A stretch of DNA of 64,000 nt from positions 267,652 to 331,651 of the forward strand of contig NMRA01000275.1 of assembly GCA_002633005.1 (NCBI GenBank), read 5' to 3'. Within the stretch, counting starts at the first letter, position 1, and each line of letters starts with the position of its first letter. This DNA comes from Phoronis australis (lineage: Eukaryota; Animalia; Phoronida). Below the pieces are notes generated by a model. The model did no database searches. It saw nothing but the letters and a program-made list of their open reading frames with translations, and had not been told where the DNA came from. This document shows, in pieces, positions 47,901-60,060 of this stretch. Made by a program: the position numbers and the translations under genes.

Positions 47901-50900
47901 CTGTTCGAAAATTTTTGTCCGACCTTTTGGAAAGATCAGTTGTCTGGCTTCATGAATACTAAAACTTGTTATTTGTTTTAGGGGAACTTCCAGTAAGTAT
48001 CTCCAGATCAATGGTCAGGAATGCGTGAACTTAGCCACCTTCAACTTCTTGTGCATGATAGGAAATAAAGACATTGAGGTACGGAATACTAGTGTTGTTC
48101 TGTCATTGACATTATTTCTGAATGTGTTCATGTGATTGGTAGTTGATTTAAAGAATGTATGGAACATGTGATTTGAAGACTCGTGAAATGTCTTTCGAGG
48201 TATGATATTCTTTCTAAATTTACTTGTAACTTGTTCTATTGAAAATCTGCTTGCAATATTTAATAATGGAATTGCTATTTTCAGGAAGAAGCTGTGAAGG
48301 CCATCAAAAAGTATGGAGTTGGTTCCTGTGGACCACGAGGTTTCTATGGCACTATTGATGCTCATTTGAAGCTTGAAGACAGACTGGCTAAATTCTTCAG
48401 CTGTGAGGAGGCCATACTGTACCCGTATGGTTTTGCCACCATTGCAAGTGCCATACCAGCCTATTCGAAGCGCTCTGATGTCATTTTTGTGTGAGTACTA
48501 GAGAATGGAAAAGATGACTATTATCGTTGTAATTGTTCTCCATGAAAGAAAAATTGCAGAGAAAATCTTTTTGTAGAGAACCGATGGACTGGCCTTGACC
48601 CCTGCAGTGTATGGCAGGGAAGTGCCAGCATCATCAGTCGCTTTGGTTACTCCTGTACCCTTTGTTCTGCCTAGGAATCCAGGCTTCTAGTCTACACATC
48701 TCAATGTAGCAAACTGCTTGAAGGACATTGATGAAATTAAACAGTTGTGTTCCATTTTGGAGATGATTGGTGGCAGATGTCAATTTTTGTCTGACTCCAA
48801 CTAGTGCAGTGCCTAGTGATGTCATTTTTGTGTCTATCTCTGTCTCTGCTAAAGTGCATGATTGTTGCGGGATCTTTTTATGCCCCCACATATTTATGTA
48901 GTCGCATATTGCTGTCACCTCTGTGTGGGCGTCCTTGAATCCGCAGCTGTATCTCCTAAACTCCTCACAGGATCTTAATGAGATGTGGCAGATGTGTTTT
49001 TATCAAGTTGATGACGGATGACAACAAATTTCGGACCTCTCCGACTACCAGTCTGTTCCCTAGTGGCAATTTTAGTTTTTTACGCGTACCTCTGTATCTT
49101 CGGAGGTCCTCAACGTATTTTCACAAAATTTAGAACATAGGCATCAACTAGTGGGATTACACTATCCTCATGTTTTCGAATGGATTCGACGTAGTTTGCA
49201 CCACCTAGTGGCCATTGTTACTGTTTTCGAGTCTGATTTATGCTGTCCGCCCCTCTATTAACCAAATCGCTCTAAGGATATTTGTTAAAATTGGCTTGTA
49301 TGTTCTTACTTTGATGATGATTTTCAGACGACTTCGAGTACTGTGGTGCCTCCAAGCCGCATTTTTTTTGTGCCCATGGCTGTATCTCCTAAACCGTTTG
49401 CAGGATCTTTACTAAATTAGCAAGCATATTTACATGATGTTGACAACAGACGACATTGACTGTCGCAGGGATCGGACTACCGGTGTTCCCCCTAGGGGCA
49501 ATTTTAGTTCTTTACGTTTATCTTTGTATCTTCAAAGGTCCTCAATGTATTTTCATAAAATTTGGGATATAGGCATCTATTAGTGAGATGACGAATGGGT
49601 TTGAGGTATTTTGCGCCATCTAGTGGTCATTTTTACTGTTTTCGAGTCTGTTTTTTGCTGTCCACCCCTGTATTAACCAAACCGCTCTAAGGATGATTGT
49701 GAAAATTGGCATGTATGTTCTTACTTTGAAAAAGATGGCTGACGATGATTTTCCGATGACTTCGGCTACTGTGGCACCTCCTAGTGGCAGTTTTGTTTTT
49801 TGTGTCCATGGCTGTATCTGATTAACCATGTGCAGGATCTTTACTAAATTTAGCAAGTGTATTTATACGATGTTGGCAACAGTTGACGTCGACTTTTGCA
49901 CGGATCTTTTCACCAGTGTGCCCCCTAATGGCAATTTTAGTTTTTTACGTTTACCTCTATATTTATTATTCAAAAGTCCTCAATGAAGTTTCCTAAAATT
50001 TGGAATATAGGCAACTATTGTTGACGTGAAGCTATCCTACCATTTTCAGATGGATTTGAGGTATTTTGCGCCACCTAAAGGCCATATTTTTACTGTTATC
50101 AAGTCTGTTTTTTGGCATCCACCCCTCTATCAACCAAACTATTCTAAGGATGATTTTGAAAATTAGCATATATATTCTCAGTGTGAAGAGGACAGTTGAC
50201 GATGATGACTTCGACTACTTTGGCACCTCCTAGTGGTGGTTTTGTTTTGTTTTGTGCCCTTAGCTGTATCTCCTAAACCCACTGCAGGATCTTTATTAAA
50301 TTTAGTAAGTTTATTGATAGGAAGCTAACAATAGACGATGATTTGTAGGTGACCGGTGTGCCCCCTAGAGGCAATTTCATTTTTTTGGTTTTCCTTTATT
50401 TCTCTGAATTTCTGTGCTAGATTTTTATGAAATGTAGTAAATAGCTTTTTATTGAAGAAGCGATGGCATGTTCTGTTTTCAGATGGATTGCACGTTTTGC
50501 ACTATCTAGTGGCCATTTTTGTGTTACAAATATACAAATCTTGAAGTACATTGTTTGCGGTGCATTCGTGGGCACATTTCAACACTCCAAGTTGCTCTTG
50601 TTTAATTTTTCATTACCAGGAACAGTAAGTTTAGTCACTTAAATTATACTGGGTTTTAGGTCTGCTTGGAAAGCCTGGTAGAATACTAGTCTGTGTGTTA
50701 TGGTGGAGCACGACAGGTTGTTAGGGCTCAACAACAGCCATGTGTTGATATCAGTCTTTTATTACCGCTCTTATCTGGGACTGCCACTATGAGAGACAGT
50801 TAGAAGGCAGATTTCATGATTACATTTTCACAGTTATATTCCGATTAATATTTAGGGATGAAGGTTCCTGTTTTGCCATTCAGAAGGGAGTTGAAGCATC

Positions 50901-53900
50901 TCGCAGTCAAGTACGACATTTCCGTCATAATGACATGAATCACCTGGAAGAACTTCTTCAAGAGCAAGCAAATGAAGACCGCAAGGTGAGCCAGTTTATC
51001 ACTCACATTGTAATATGCAAGGCAAGACTGTCTGAGGCAAATTTGATGCAGCCTAGTATACTTAAACTGAGTAACAATGAACTCTCCTGAAACCTTTCTG
51101 AAATAATCATTGTGATCAATGTTTGTTTGGTCGTTGTTTATCTGGTTCTACTCAAAATTATAGTCTCATTGAATTACACAAGATAGTAAGTTCCCCTTTG
51201 TAGCATATTGTTTCCACTACACCATTATGGACAGGAATCAATCGTTTACGCTGGTTTTGCTATTTCAATCACTGACTTCTTATTAGTGATTCTACAGGAT
51301 GTAGCATGTCGAATAATGCTTGTGTTTGAATTTCAGCGGAATGTTTTTTGCTGTAGGCGGAAGTCCTTGCACATCTCCAGTGTTTTTATTACTATTTTTT
51401 TATTACTCCTTCAGTTGAAACTTACTGCTGTTGATCTTGCAGAATCCCAAAAAAGCCAAAGTCATCAGGAGGTTTTTGGTTGTCGAAGGATTGTATGTAA
51501 ATACTGGAGAAATATGTCCTCTACCAAAATTGGTAGGTACTCGTGGAGAAATCAGATTTGTTTTGTAAACAGTTATGTGTTGTTGCAGTCAAAAATATTA
51601 GAATGAAATGGATATAGGACAAATGTTCTTGTTACCAGTATTTAATGTCTATGCTGTCAACAACTTCTTTTTATCCATAGTATTCATATATCTGCCTATC
51701 ACTTCATTTGAATTAAAATGTATAATATGAAAAGAATAAATTAATGTAATTGTCGAAATTTATTATTTTTCAGGACAGTATTTTCTTGCATTATTGTGAA
51801 TGTGTAGAATTTCTCAAGACATTGTGGGTTGGTAATTATATTATAATGTCAGCATTCTGTAAATGATGAAACAATAATTTAATGGTACTTGTTTTTCTTG
51901 AAAAAATGGTCTTGTAATATTCCTTTCTGTGACCGGGTTCGATTTCCATTACCAAGTCAAGTCACAGGCATTGCATATTTACGCCATTTCCATATTGGCA
52001 ATTTTAGAGTTAGCCAACTGCATAAACTCTGAACTGTTTTTCGCTGATAATTTTGATGTTCTTTGTAGTAACAGAAATAAAATCTTATTGCAGTAAACAA
52101 GATACCAGTTTACGGAAATAAAATGCCTGTTTGATTTTCGTTTTTTTTTTTAGTTATGTAAATGGGGGAAATGCAACTTTAAGTGAAGCAAACACAAGAT
52201 TTTTGTAATCTTTCATGTAAATGTAACAAATTAAATTGTTCTTTGCTACATGTGTTCAAACATGAAGTGGAATCATGTTTTCAAAATCTCCGAAGCAGGT
52301 TTGAAATGTGTGATGTATGATTGAGCTTGTAGTGCATAATTAGTCTTTTTTCTCCATAAAAATTATAGTAGCATGCTTACCAAGTATAAGCAATGCTAAA
52401 CTGATGATGTTTCTGTGACTTAAAAAGAAAGAAAGATTATGTTGTGTAGTTTGAGGCAGGTTCAAAGTTTTGTCCAAGAAGAATTGTAGCAAATTATATG
52501 ATTTTTGATTTGGTATTACAAGCTCAAAGGTTAAACAATACCTAAATGAATAATCAAGGACTGTAATCTAATCATGTATTTGTTACCACAAAAAAATGAA
52601 CAGTCGCTGGTTCCAAACTCCCTTACTCGACTGTCCAGTCATGAGTTTTCATGAAAACATTTCCTACGTTGACATCTACATATCAATAGGTGACCCAGCA
52701 ACAGGTGACTGAATGACCATTTGAATATGAATTGCTAACACTGCTAACAGTGTCCTACCACAATAGTAAGGTTTTGCTGTAGTTTGTCACTATACCCATG
52801 CGCTGTTTCTAGATTGAACTGAAGTACAAGTACAAGGTACGACTGTTTATTGAGGAAAGCATGTCCATAGGAACTCTGGGCAGCACTGGTAGGGGTGTCA
52901 CAGAACACTATGCAGCAGATGTAAGTTGTCAATAACGTTACATTATCAATTGTAATTTGGACAGTTTGGGCAGCTTGTAAATCATCAAGGACGTGTTGTT
53001 GTTGTATGTACTGAGACCTGAGTTTATTTTGGAATGCATCCTAGTGGTATTAGTGGACTAAGTCTAAAATTTGTCGCATAAACTTTGATGCAGGAGTGAG
53101 TTCATTGGGCCTAAATATCTTCTTCAGTAACCAATTATCCTTAATGAATTGATTATGATAAGAATTTGCTTGTAATTTCTAATATCTGTGGCAAATTAAT
53201 GGCCATCAGTTGATTAACAATACCTGTACCTGGTATCATGGCAGGCATGAAGTGTTTTCATTGGGAGTTCAGGTTGTCTACACTTAGTTGGATTTACTGT
53301 AGTTTGGTGAAGCAAGTCTCAGTTGTTTGGAAAAAAATGTATGGATAAAGCTGGTTCATTGTTTTATACATCCCCTGAGATTATGCAAACTGTGAGTGAT
53401 AAAAGTAAATCTACGGTGATGTAAATCTTGGATCAGTCAGTTTGGAACGTGTCTCATATATTATTGATCGTTCATTAAGTTATTTAAAGTGTGACAAATA
53501 CGCATTGTTTAGAATGAGGTATAATCATGCTTTGTGATATTTAGTGTGACGATCTTTCTATACATGACATTTTATTACCATCATGGCATTCTTTCAAAGT
53601 GACTCCTATTTTGATCATAGTACAGCCACGTGGCTCATATATTTCAAATATTGGAATGAACACTGATAAACTTCCAGTAAACAATCACCATACCATTGGG
53701 ATTAGCTGAGTTATGCTTTTTTGTTTTGGCTTCCAAAACCATGTCATCCTGGAATTGAGTAGTCTGTTGTCCAGTCATGCGTTGTGGTTAAAGTCATTGG
53801 GCCTTCACATGTTGAACTTGAGACCAAATTTGAGACACTTTTTTGTTGACAGTGCTGAGCAGTTCATTGACAAAACATTTGCTGTTTGGAATCGTTCAGT

Positions 53901-56900
53901 GCGTATAATATTTCTACTTTTACCATTTCTTTAGATCTCTGATGTGGACCTGATTTGCGCCTGTCTGGAGAATGCATTTGGTTCCATTGGAGGCTTCTGC
54001 ATTGGTAGATCATTTGTTGTTGACCATCAGGTAACTCTAATTTCACTTTTTCACCATCATGAAGTTGTTTGTGTTTTTCATGTTGGCACTAACTGATACT
54101 GAATATACGGCTGGTAAAGATACCACATTTAATTAATATTAGTTTTACTGGAATTTACTGATTACTGCTGTCATGACTACACCATTGCCAACTGCTATAA
54201 TGGCCTGTCACCAATTATTCAACTCCTGATTTTGTGATCTCGGTCTTAAATGAGGTCTTGAATTTTATTTAGTTTGTTATTGAGTTACTACACTTTTCCT
54301 AAGTAGTGTTCGTTGACTTGACCACATTTGCTGGATATTGATGTTGTTTACCTTCAATAGTTAACTTTTTCTTGTGGTTCTCAAGACAGTGGGCTGTGAA
54401 GTCTTGCCTATATAAAACAATAAAGCACCTGTCTTTCAGCTCCTCAGTTGCTTTAGCTCCACCTCTGTTATCTTGCTTGTATTGGCTGACAAATTGTCAT
54501 TTCTTTTTCCAGAGACTGTCTGGTCAGGGATACTGCTTCTCAGCTTCAGCTCCACCTATGCTGGCTTCCGCAGCTACAAAGGTCTTAGACATCTTTGAAC
54601 AAAAGCCAGGTAAGTATTAAGTGCATGTTAGTTTTACTGAGATATCAAAGACTGCATGCTACAGTCACTACATTCAGCCAGTATACAGTCATCTCAGGAT
54701 GGCTCTAAGCTTCAACTTGTAAGTTTTCCAGCCTTAGAAATGTTAGTTTTGGTTGATAAAATTCTGACTAATCGTAAATTGTTATGCGTTAATGTATACA
54801 TATTATATTACAAGGTTGCATAATGTCATGTCATCATTGATGTCCACATCCACTGATACATCTTTCTCTCCATATCCCAAATCACTTGAACACTATGCAG
54901 GAATGTTTGGTTAATAATTATGTTACGCTGTATGCACCTTAAAATAACTGGATAAAATTTGTCTCTCATTATTCTGACTGCTCTGATGGTAAATTTTGCT
55001 TGCTCTCTGCTGTCATGATTCTGTATTTGTCATGACTGGGAATCTTGGGTCACTAAGTCCGATTATCTTTGACATGCACTGTATGTTTTTTGTTGATTTT
55101 TTTCCCCAATGTCATTCAAATCTGAAAAGAATCCTGTTATTTTTTCAGACATGTTCCAGAGACTTCAGGAGAATTGCAAAGCCATGCACAATGAATTATT
55201 AACGTGAGTGTTCCAAGAATATAAGGATTATGATGTGAGCATAGTTAAAGTTCTTCAGGATGTTCAGGTTGCTGCATTTTTCTTGTATTCTTTCATTTTG
55301 TCTTTCATGTTAGTGGCTATGTTATAAAAACAGATGTGGGCATATCTGATTGTCCAATAACAGTAAGTTGGGGTTTTCTCAACAGGTTACCCAATGTAAA
55401 GATATCAGGAGCAAGCATTTCACCCATTCATCATATCATTTTGGCTGATAGCCGAGGATCTCAAGAGGAAGATTATGCTTATCTGCAAAGTCTTGTAGAT
55501 ACTGTAAGTATCTTGTCTAAATAGTAAAATCACGGGGCTCGTTGAGCCTGTTGCTAACTCTTGTTTCTGTAAAATGAACAGATAAGAGTATTCATCTCCT
55601 CTGAACTCATCACAAATAGGGAGTTTTGTGGTTGTCTTTGTGTAGAACCAAAGCTGAAAATTGATAGGTGGAATATCTCCCAAATAATCATATACATGCT
55701 AAAGTGGGTCTTTCATGGTGTTTGGCAGACATGTCATTTATCAGACTTTGTGTTTTGATTGGTAGTATGTGTGCTTCCATAATGTAATCATATTCAAAGT
55801 ATCGCCAAGATCTAACCAGAAAAAGAGAGATCTTGCATGTGCTTTCAATTGGTTGTTCCAGGGAGGCTGACTCCAGGTTGGAAAGCTACTGTATGACTTA
55901 TTTGTAAATATTCTGCCTTAAGTTTCTTAATGGGAACATAAGTTCCAAGTGTTGTGAAGATCCTTGAAATGGCACCGTGCTTGTGTGTTCTTTTTTGCGT
56001 GGGGCTAGCTATTATCTTTGTTAGGTTAATGGAAAGAACAGCAATTTAACAAATACTTGGTCTGCACAACACTCGTAGCCATGGACCACCAACCCAATCA
56101 ATAGTCATACTAGCTGTGTGCCTGGGTTGTGTGTGCATGGTATTAAATGATCTGCAGTGATCTTTCATTTCAAACTATAAAGCTGCCATCAATGTGCCTT
56201 TCATTTAGAGCACTCGCCATATCATTTTGAGCACTCGCCATCTCATTTAGAGCACTCGCCATCTCATTTAGAGCACTCGCCATCTCATTTAGAGCACTCG
56301 CCATCTCATTTAGAGCACTCGCCATCTAATTTAGAGCACTCGCCATCTCATTTAGAGCACTCGCCATCTCATTTAGAGCACTCGCCATCTCAAAACCAGT
56401 CTCAAGTTGTTCCTGTCTCCGTTCAGAAGTGATTTCTACACTAGATTAGTTGACACCATGTTCAGTACACAAATTGACCAGTTCTTGTAAGCTAACAAGT
56501 TTCTTTTAAGTAAGGACGCTTTAGGGCCAATTTTAGAACCAAAAGTTTTCTTAGTAAAAAATTGTTTGTTGACAGCGGGTAGTGTATTGTAAATGAATCT
56601 TTCAGTTTTTGTCTGATTTTGTGTGTTTGGATATTTTCACTTTCAGGCTAGGGGTCACGGATATGCCCTAACTGTATCGAGATACCTTCAAGAAGAATAC
56701 AAATTACCACCACCTAGGTACAGTCTTGTTATTAATAGATGAAAAGAATGGTTTCTGTGTAAGAGAAGATCGAGTTTTAGAAGTTGGTGTTATCAGTTAA
56801 ATGTTTTGATTGTTAAAACTGTGACTGGTGCTTACAATCATCGTAGCTTTAATTTAGAAACCAAGGATTTCAATTATTATTACTTAATTCCTAAAATCCC

Positions 56901-57343
56901 ATTTGCTTCAGTTTGTCTTTTTTATATTGAGATAATCTGCAATCGGAAGTCAAGTGTGGTTGTAGCTTGATTTTTCTCTGGAAAAGATGATTAAACTAAT
57001 CACTTTGTTCAAGCTTCACTATTTTAGCAACAGCTGCAAACACAAGATTCTCTTTAAGTTCTTTGTCCATTTGATATGGTCTGTAAATCAACAGAATCTT
57101 TATTTGACAATAGCTGTTGATATGTGTTGAAAAATTATTATTTGCTTCATGTTGGTGGGAGTTTGACTTGTTTGTGGTCAAACCCGATGTACTGAAATTT
57201 TCAATCAAGGAGTTATTCCAGACTTAAGAGTCTCTACCATTTTATCTTACAGCATCAGGATTGCAGTCAACGTAGATCTAGAGATGGAGGATATCAAAGG
57301 TGTCATTGAAGTCCTGCGAAGAGCCCTTGTGTTAAGAGTCTAA
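44909..57343 (+). CDS. SPTLC1: Serine palmitoyltransferase long chain base subunit 1, complete, 483 aa
   Basis: 14 exons: 44909-44992, 46036-46140, 47170-47273, 47982-48078, 48285-48490, 50856-50985, 51443-51532, 52813-52920, 53935-54030, 54513-54609, 55149-55203, 55386-55503, 56647-56717, 57253-57343, total 1452 nt in frame. Motifs [46 protein letters not shown]; it lacks the PLP lysine (LENAF), as expected for LCB1. Confidence 0.97.
46036..46140 (+). CDS. SPTLC1: SPTLC1 exon 2 (transmembrane helix)
   Basis: [35 protein letters not shown]. Confidence 0.93.
46300..46750. repeat. GTT/GCT-rich low-complexity tract, probably a decayed HINE-like element
   Basis: Trinucleotide-like TGT/TGC composition ending in TTTCGCC...TTGCTCTTAAGTGCACTTTT, loosely similar to the terminus at 14601-14635. 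Confidence 0.4.
47170..47273 (+). CDS. SPTLC1: SPTLC1 exon 3
   Basis: [16 protein letters not shown]... Confidence 0.93.
47982..48078 (+). CDS. SPTLC1: SPTLC1 exon 4
   Basis: [32 protein letters not shown]. Confidence 0.93.
48285..48490 (+). CDS. SPTLC1: SPTLC1 exon 5
   Basis: [27 protein letters not shown]...SDVIF. Confidence 0.95.
48875..50603 (+). mobile_element. HINE/DINE-1-like element copy 3, full length, opposite orientation to the other copies
   Basis: Starts TTTTTATGCCCCCACATATTTATGTAGTCGCAT, internal CCTAGTGGC monomers, ends GGGCACATTTCAAC..GTTGCTCTTGTTT; inside SPTLC1 intron 5. Confidence 0.8.
50856..50985 (+). CDS. SPTLC1: SPTLC1 exon 6
   Basis: [27 protein letters not shown]...EDRK. 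Confidence 0.95.
51443..51532 (+). CDS. SPTLC1: SPTLC1 exon 7
   Basis: [30 protein letters not shown]. Confidence 0.95.
52813..52920 (+). CDS. SPTLC1: SPTLC1 exon 8
   Basis: [36 protein letters not shown]. Confidence 0.95.
53935..54030 (+). CDS. SPTLC1: SPTLC1 exon 9
   Basis: [32 protein letters not shown]. Confidence 0.95.
54513..54609 (+). CDS. SPTLC1: SPTLC1 exon 10
   Basis: [32 protein letters not shown]. Confidence 0.95.
55149..55203 (+). CDS. SPTLC1: SPTLC1 exon 11
   Basis: [18 protein letters not shown]; phase 1-2. Confidence 0.9.
55386..55503 (+). CDS. SPTLC1: SPTLC1 exon 12
   Basis: [39 protein letters not shown]. Confidence 0.9.
56201..56392. repeat. 21-bp minisatellite, about 9 copies
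   Basis: (TCATTTAGAGCACTCGCCATC)n, nearly perfect, in SPTLC1 intron 12. Confidence 0.95.
56647..56717 (+). CDS. SPTLC1: SPTLC1 exon 13
   Basis: [23 protein letters not shown]. Confidence 0.9.
57253..57343 (+). CDS. SPTLC1: SPTLC1 exon 14 (stop)
   Basis: (S)[29 protein letters not shown]. Confidence 0.9.
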
Positions 57344-58695
57344 AGTCAATTGTAAACATTTTTGTACATTTCAGCTACTGTTTTAGCAAAAGATATATAT
57401 GGACATTACGAGAAGTCCTAGTTATGGAAGGAAAGTTAGGGCATCAAGTGTTTTTTGTTTGTCCACTATCAGGAGAGTGTAAGGTAACTTCAGATTTGAA
57501 ATTTTCTGATTCTGAATTCAGTGATTGAAGTCTATCCAACAGATGAGCTGAGGGAAGATAATCATTTATAGGGCAGGATAATTTTGAAGATGTGTAAATG
57601 ACTGGCAGTTGTCAATGTTCTCTGTTCATTTATGTAGGTGTTTTTTTTAAATTCTTTTGTGGAATCATGTTACCATGACAGGCTGTTGGCTATAGTCGAT
57701 ATGGCACACTGCATCCTATGATTTTGAAAATGTGTTTTTCTTGTGGCTGGTTTGTAGCATAAACATCTTGTTTTGTATGAACAATATTCACTGTTGTGTG
57801 TCAGATTTCAGTGAAATTAATATAAAACCGAAGATTTGAAAAAATAGTTTCATCATGTTTCTGTCTGACACTATGTCGCAGGATAATTGATTTTATTAAT
57901 TAAACCAATGAAGGTGTGAGATATGTAGCATTTGTGAGTGTGCGCACGTCCATGTATGTGGGTGCTAGTTCATAGTCTCACATCCTCTATTTCAAAAAAT
58001 AAGATTGCAGACAATCGTCTCATGGTCGAGTTGCATTGATGGAGTGCAGGCTACAAAGTCAAGACCAATGCACAAAACATCTGAGCGCTGCTTCCAGAAA
58101 AGTCAGTAAGAAAGGAAAGCACTTGAAATAAAAATTGTGTGTGGTTGTGTTCAAACCAAGTTTTGCCAGTTGTTTTTGTAAGAAAATGTAAAGAAAAACA
58201 GTTGTTGGTGTTTTATGACCCATAAATTTGTCATGGTGGGTATTATCTTGCACACCAATCCAAATCTTGCATTATTTACAGTGAGTTGATGCTGCGCTGC
58301 AATCTATTCTTTACTGGTAACTTTGAATGAACCATTATGATACTGGATGGGATCTAAAAAAAGCACAAACTTCAAGCGTATTTACTGGCTTCTTTTTTGG
58401 GAGACTGGGAACATGGATAGTTCTTGGGTGATGGCAATGTCTGAACATAGCCAACTGGAATTCTTGTCCTAATCAAATACCTCAAGTGCATAGCAGCTTA
58501 TGGATAGGGAAGAGTGAAATATTTATGTGAAGACCAGAATAATTAAGTATCTGAATTTCCAGATAATTCAGTATCAGCAATATGTCCCTATAAATTTTCT
58601 ACTGATACATCATAAAACTGCAAAATAACTGACAAAATGTTTTGAACTGACGACGAATATTATGATTCATTTAGGTCCATGTATGACTTATTATG

Positions 58696-58894
58696 AATAT
58701 TTCAGCCGGACGTACCTAGTTAAAACTTTATGTTGCGGGAAATAAAACTGTCCCTTACTACCCAACAGAGGTCGCACTAGCACAGTTTCAAAGGAAAGGC
58801 GGGAAGATCAGAGACCACCAGTTGACCATCTTCCATAGAAGAAGACAGTTGTGATCCCTGCAACATAAAGTTTTAACTTTTGGCTGAAATATTC
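58696..58894. mobile_element. Short foldback/MITE
   Basis: GAATATTTCAGCC..AGTTAAAACTTTATGTTGCGGGA is mirrored by TCCCTGCAACATAAAGTTTTAACT..GGCTGAAATATTC. Confidence 0.65.
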
Positions 58895-60060
58895 ACAAGT
58901 TGTGTATTTTGAACAGGTTTCAATGTTTTTTGTGCTCTTGAAAACTTTTAACATTATGTTTTTGTTGGCTGGAGCACTAAATCACACTCAAACAAAGTCA
59001 GGAGACCAAATGCGATTTGAAAAATATGGCTGGTTGCATTCTAAAGTAATTGAAAACTTATGGTAGTGGGTTAGGAAATAAAGCAAAAATGTGGGCTTCC
59101 CACTCCCATACAGAAACAGCCCTGCTTGAAATGTGCGAGAACCTTCTTACGTATATATAGTCATCGGGTTCTCTAAATATGTCAAGAGTCCATGGCCAAA
59201 ATAGGCCTCATCACTCAGCTGTTGATGCTTAGCATTTGTTCTTAGTTAATGTTGGATTGTTCTCAAACCTGCTATTGTTTTCATCTGTCTGATATCCAAC
59301 TCCACAAAATAGAGTTCAGTGATTCCCAGAGAAAGGGTACAATTAACTTTATCTGTAGTCCTTTGGAGAAGTATTTGAAGCCACATTCTCCTTTCCTTTG
59401 ATACCATGCATGTGATCCAACCTATTACTTGTGTTCACAGCCACCAGTGCTTCTGCCTGTGTAGCACAGTTACTTAAAGGTGCATTTGGCTAATGGTTAG
59501 CTATAAATACTAATTCTTACTGAAAGCCAGTTTGTAATTCAAAAACATCGCCAGGGTTTGTACTTTTATAAGTAATGGAGATAATTTTAGTTGATATTTA
59601 TACTTTTAATGTTCTTGGAAGACTGGTCAATTATAAATACATTCAATTCTTAACCTGAACCCAGACATCTTCTGTGGAACAATAGGCGCATGATCACTAT
59701 CAGTCAAGTTTGTTATGATGTGGTGGATTTGCTCGAGCTCTGAGTACAGAACTGGTCAGCCTTATATACTCATATTTAGGACCATGGGCATGTTAAAAAT
59801 GAGGCACTTTATGTCTTTTGCTTGTAGGTGGATGGTTTACTTACAGGTGTAACCAGCTATTCCTTGAGCATTGTTTACCCATTCGTGCCACTGTGCTAAA
59901 TTGAATTCACAGCAACATTTACCATTTTGTAGCTAATAAGTCAAGCTTCACCAATATCATGTGTAGCCACATGCGATTAATTTTGACATGTACGGTAGTT
60001 ACATCTGTAACTAACTAAGGAGTTACATTTTAATTGAAATATCAATTAAAATTATTTTTA

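Noticed and set aside
51930-51950. Pol III B-box-like GGTTCGATTTCC suggesting a tRNA or SINE
   Set aside because: No A-box at suitable spacing and no cloverleaf.
56201-56392. CRISPR-like short direct repeats
   Set aside because: Head-to-tail repeats with no spacers; an ordinary minisatellite.
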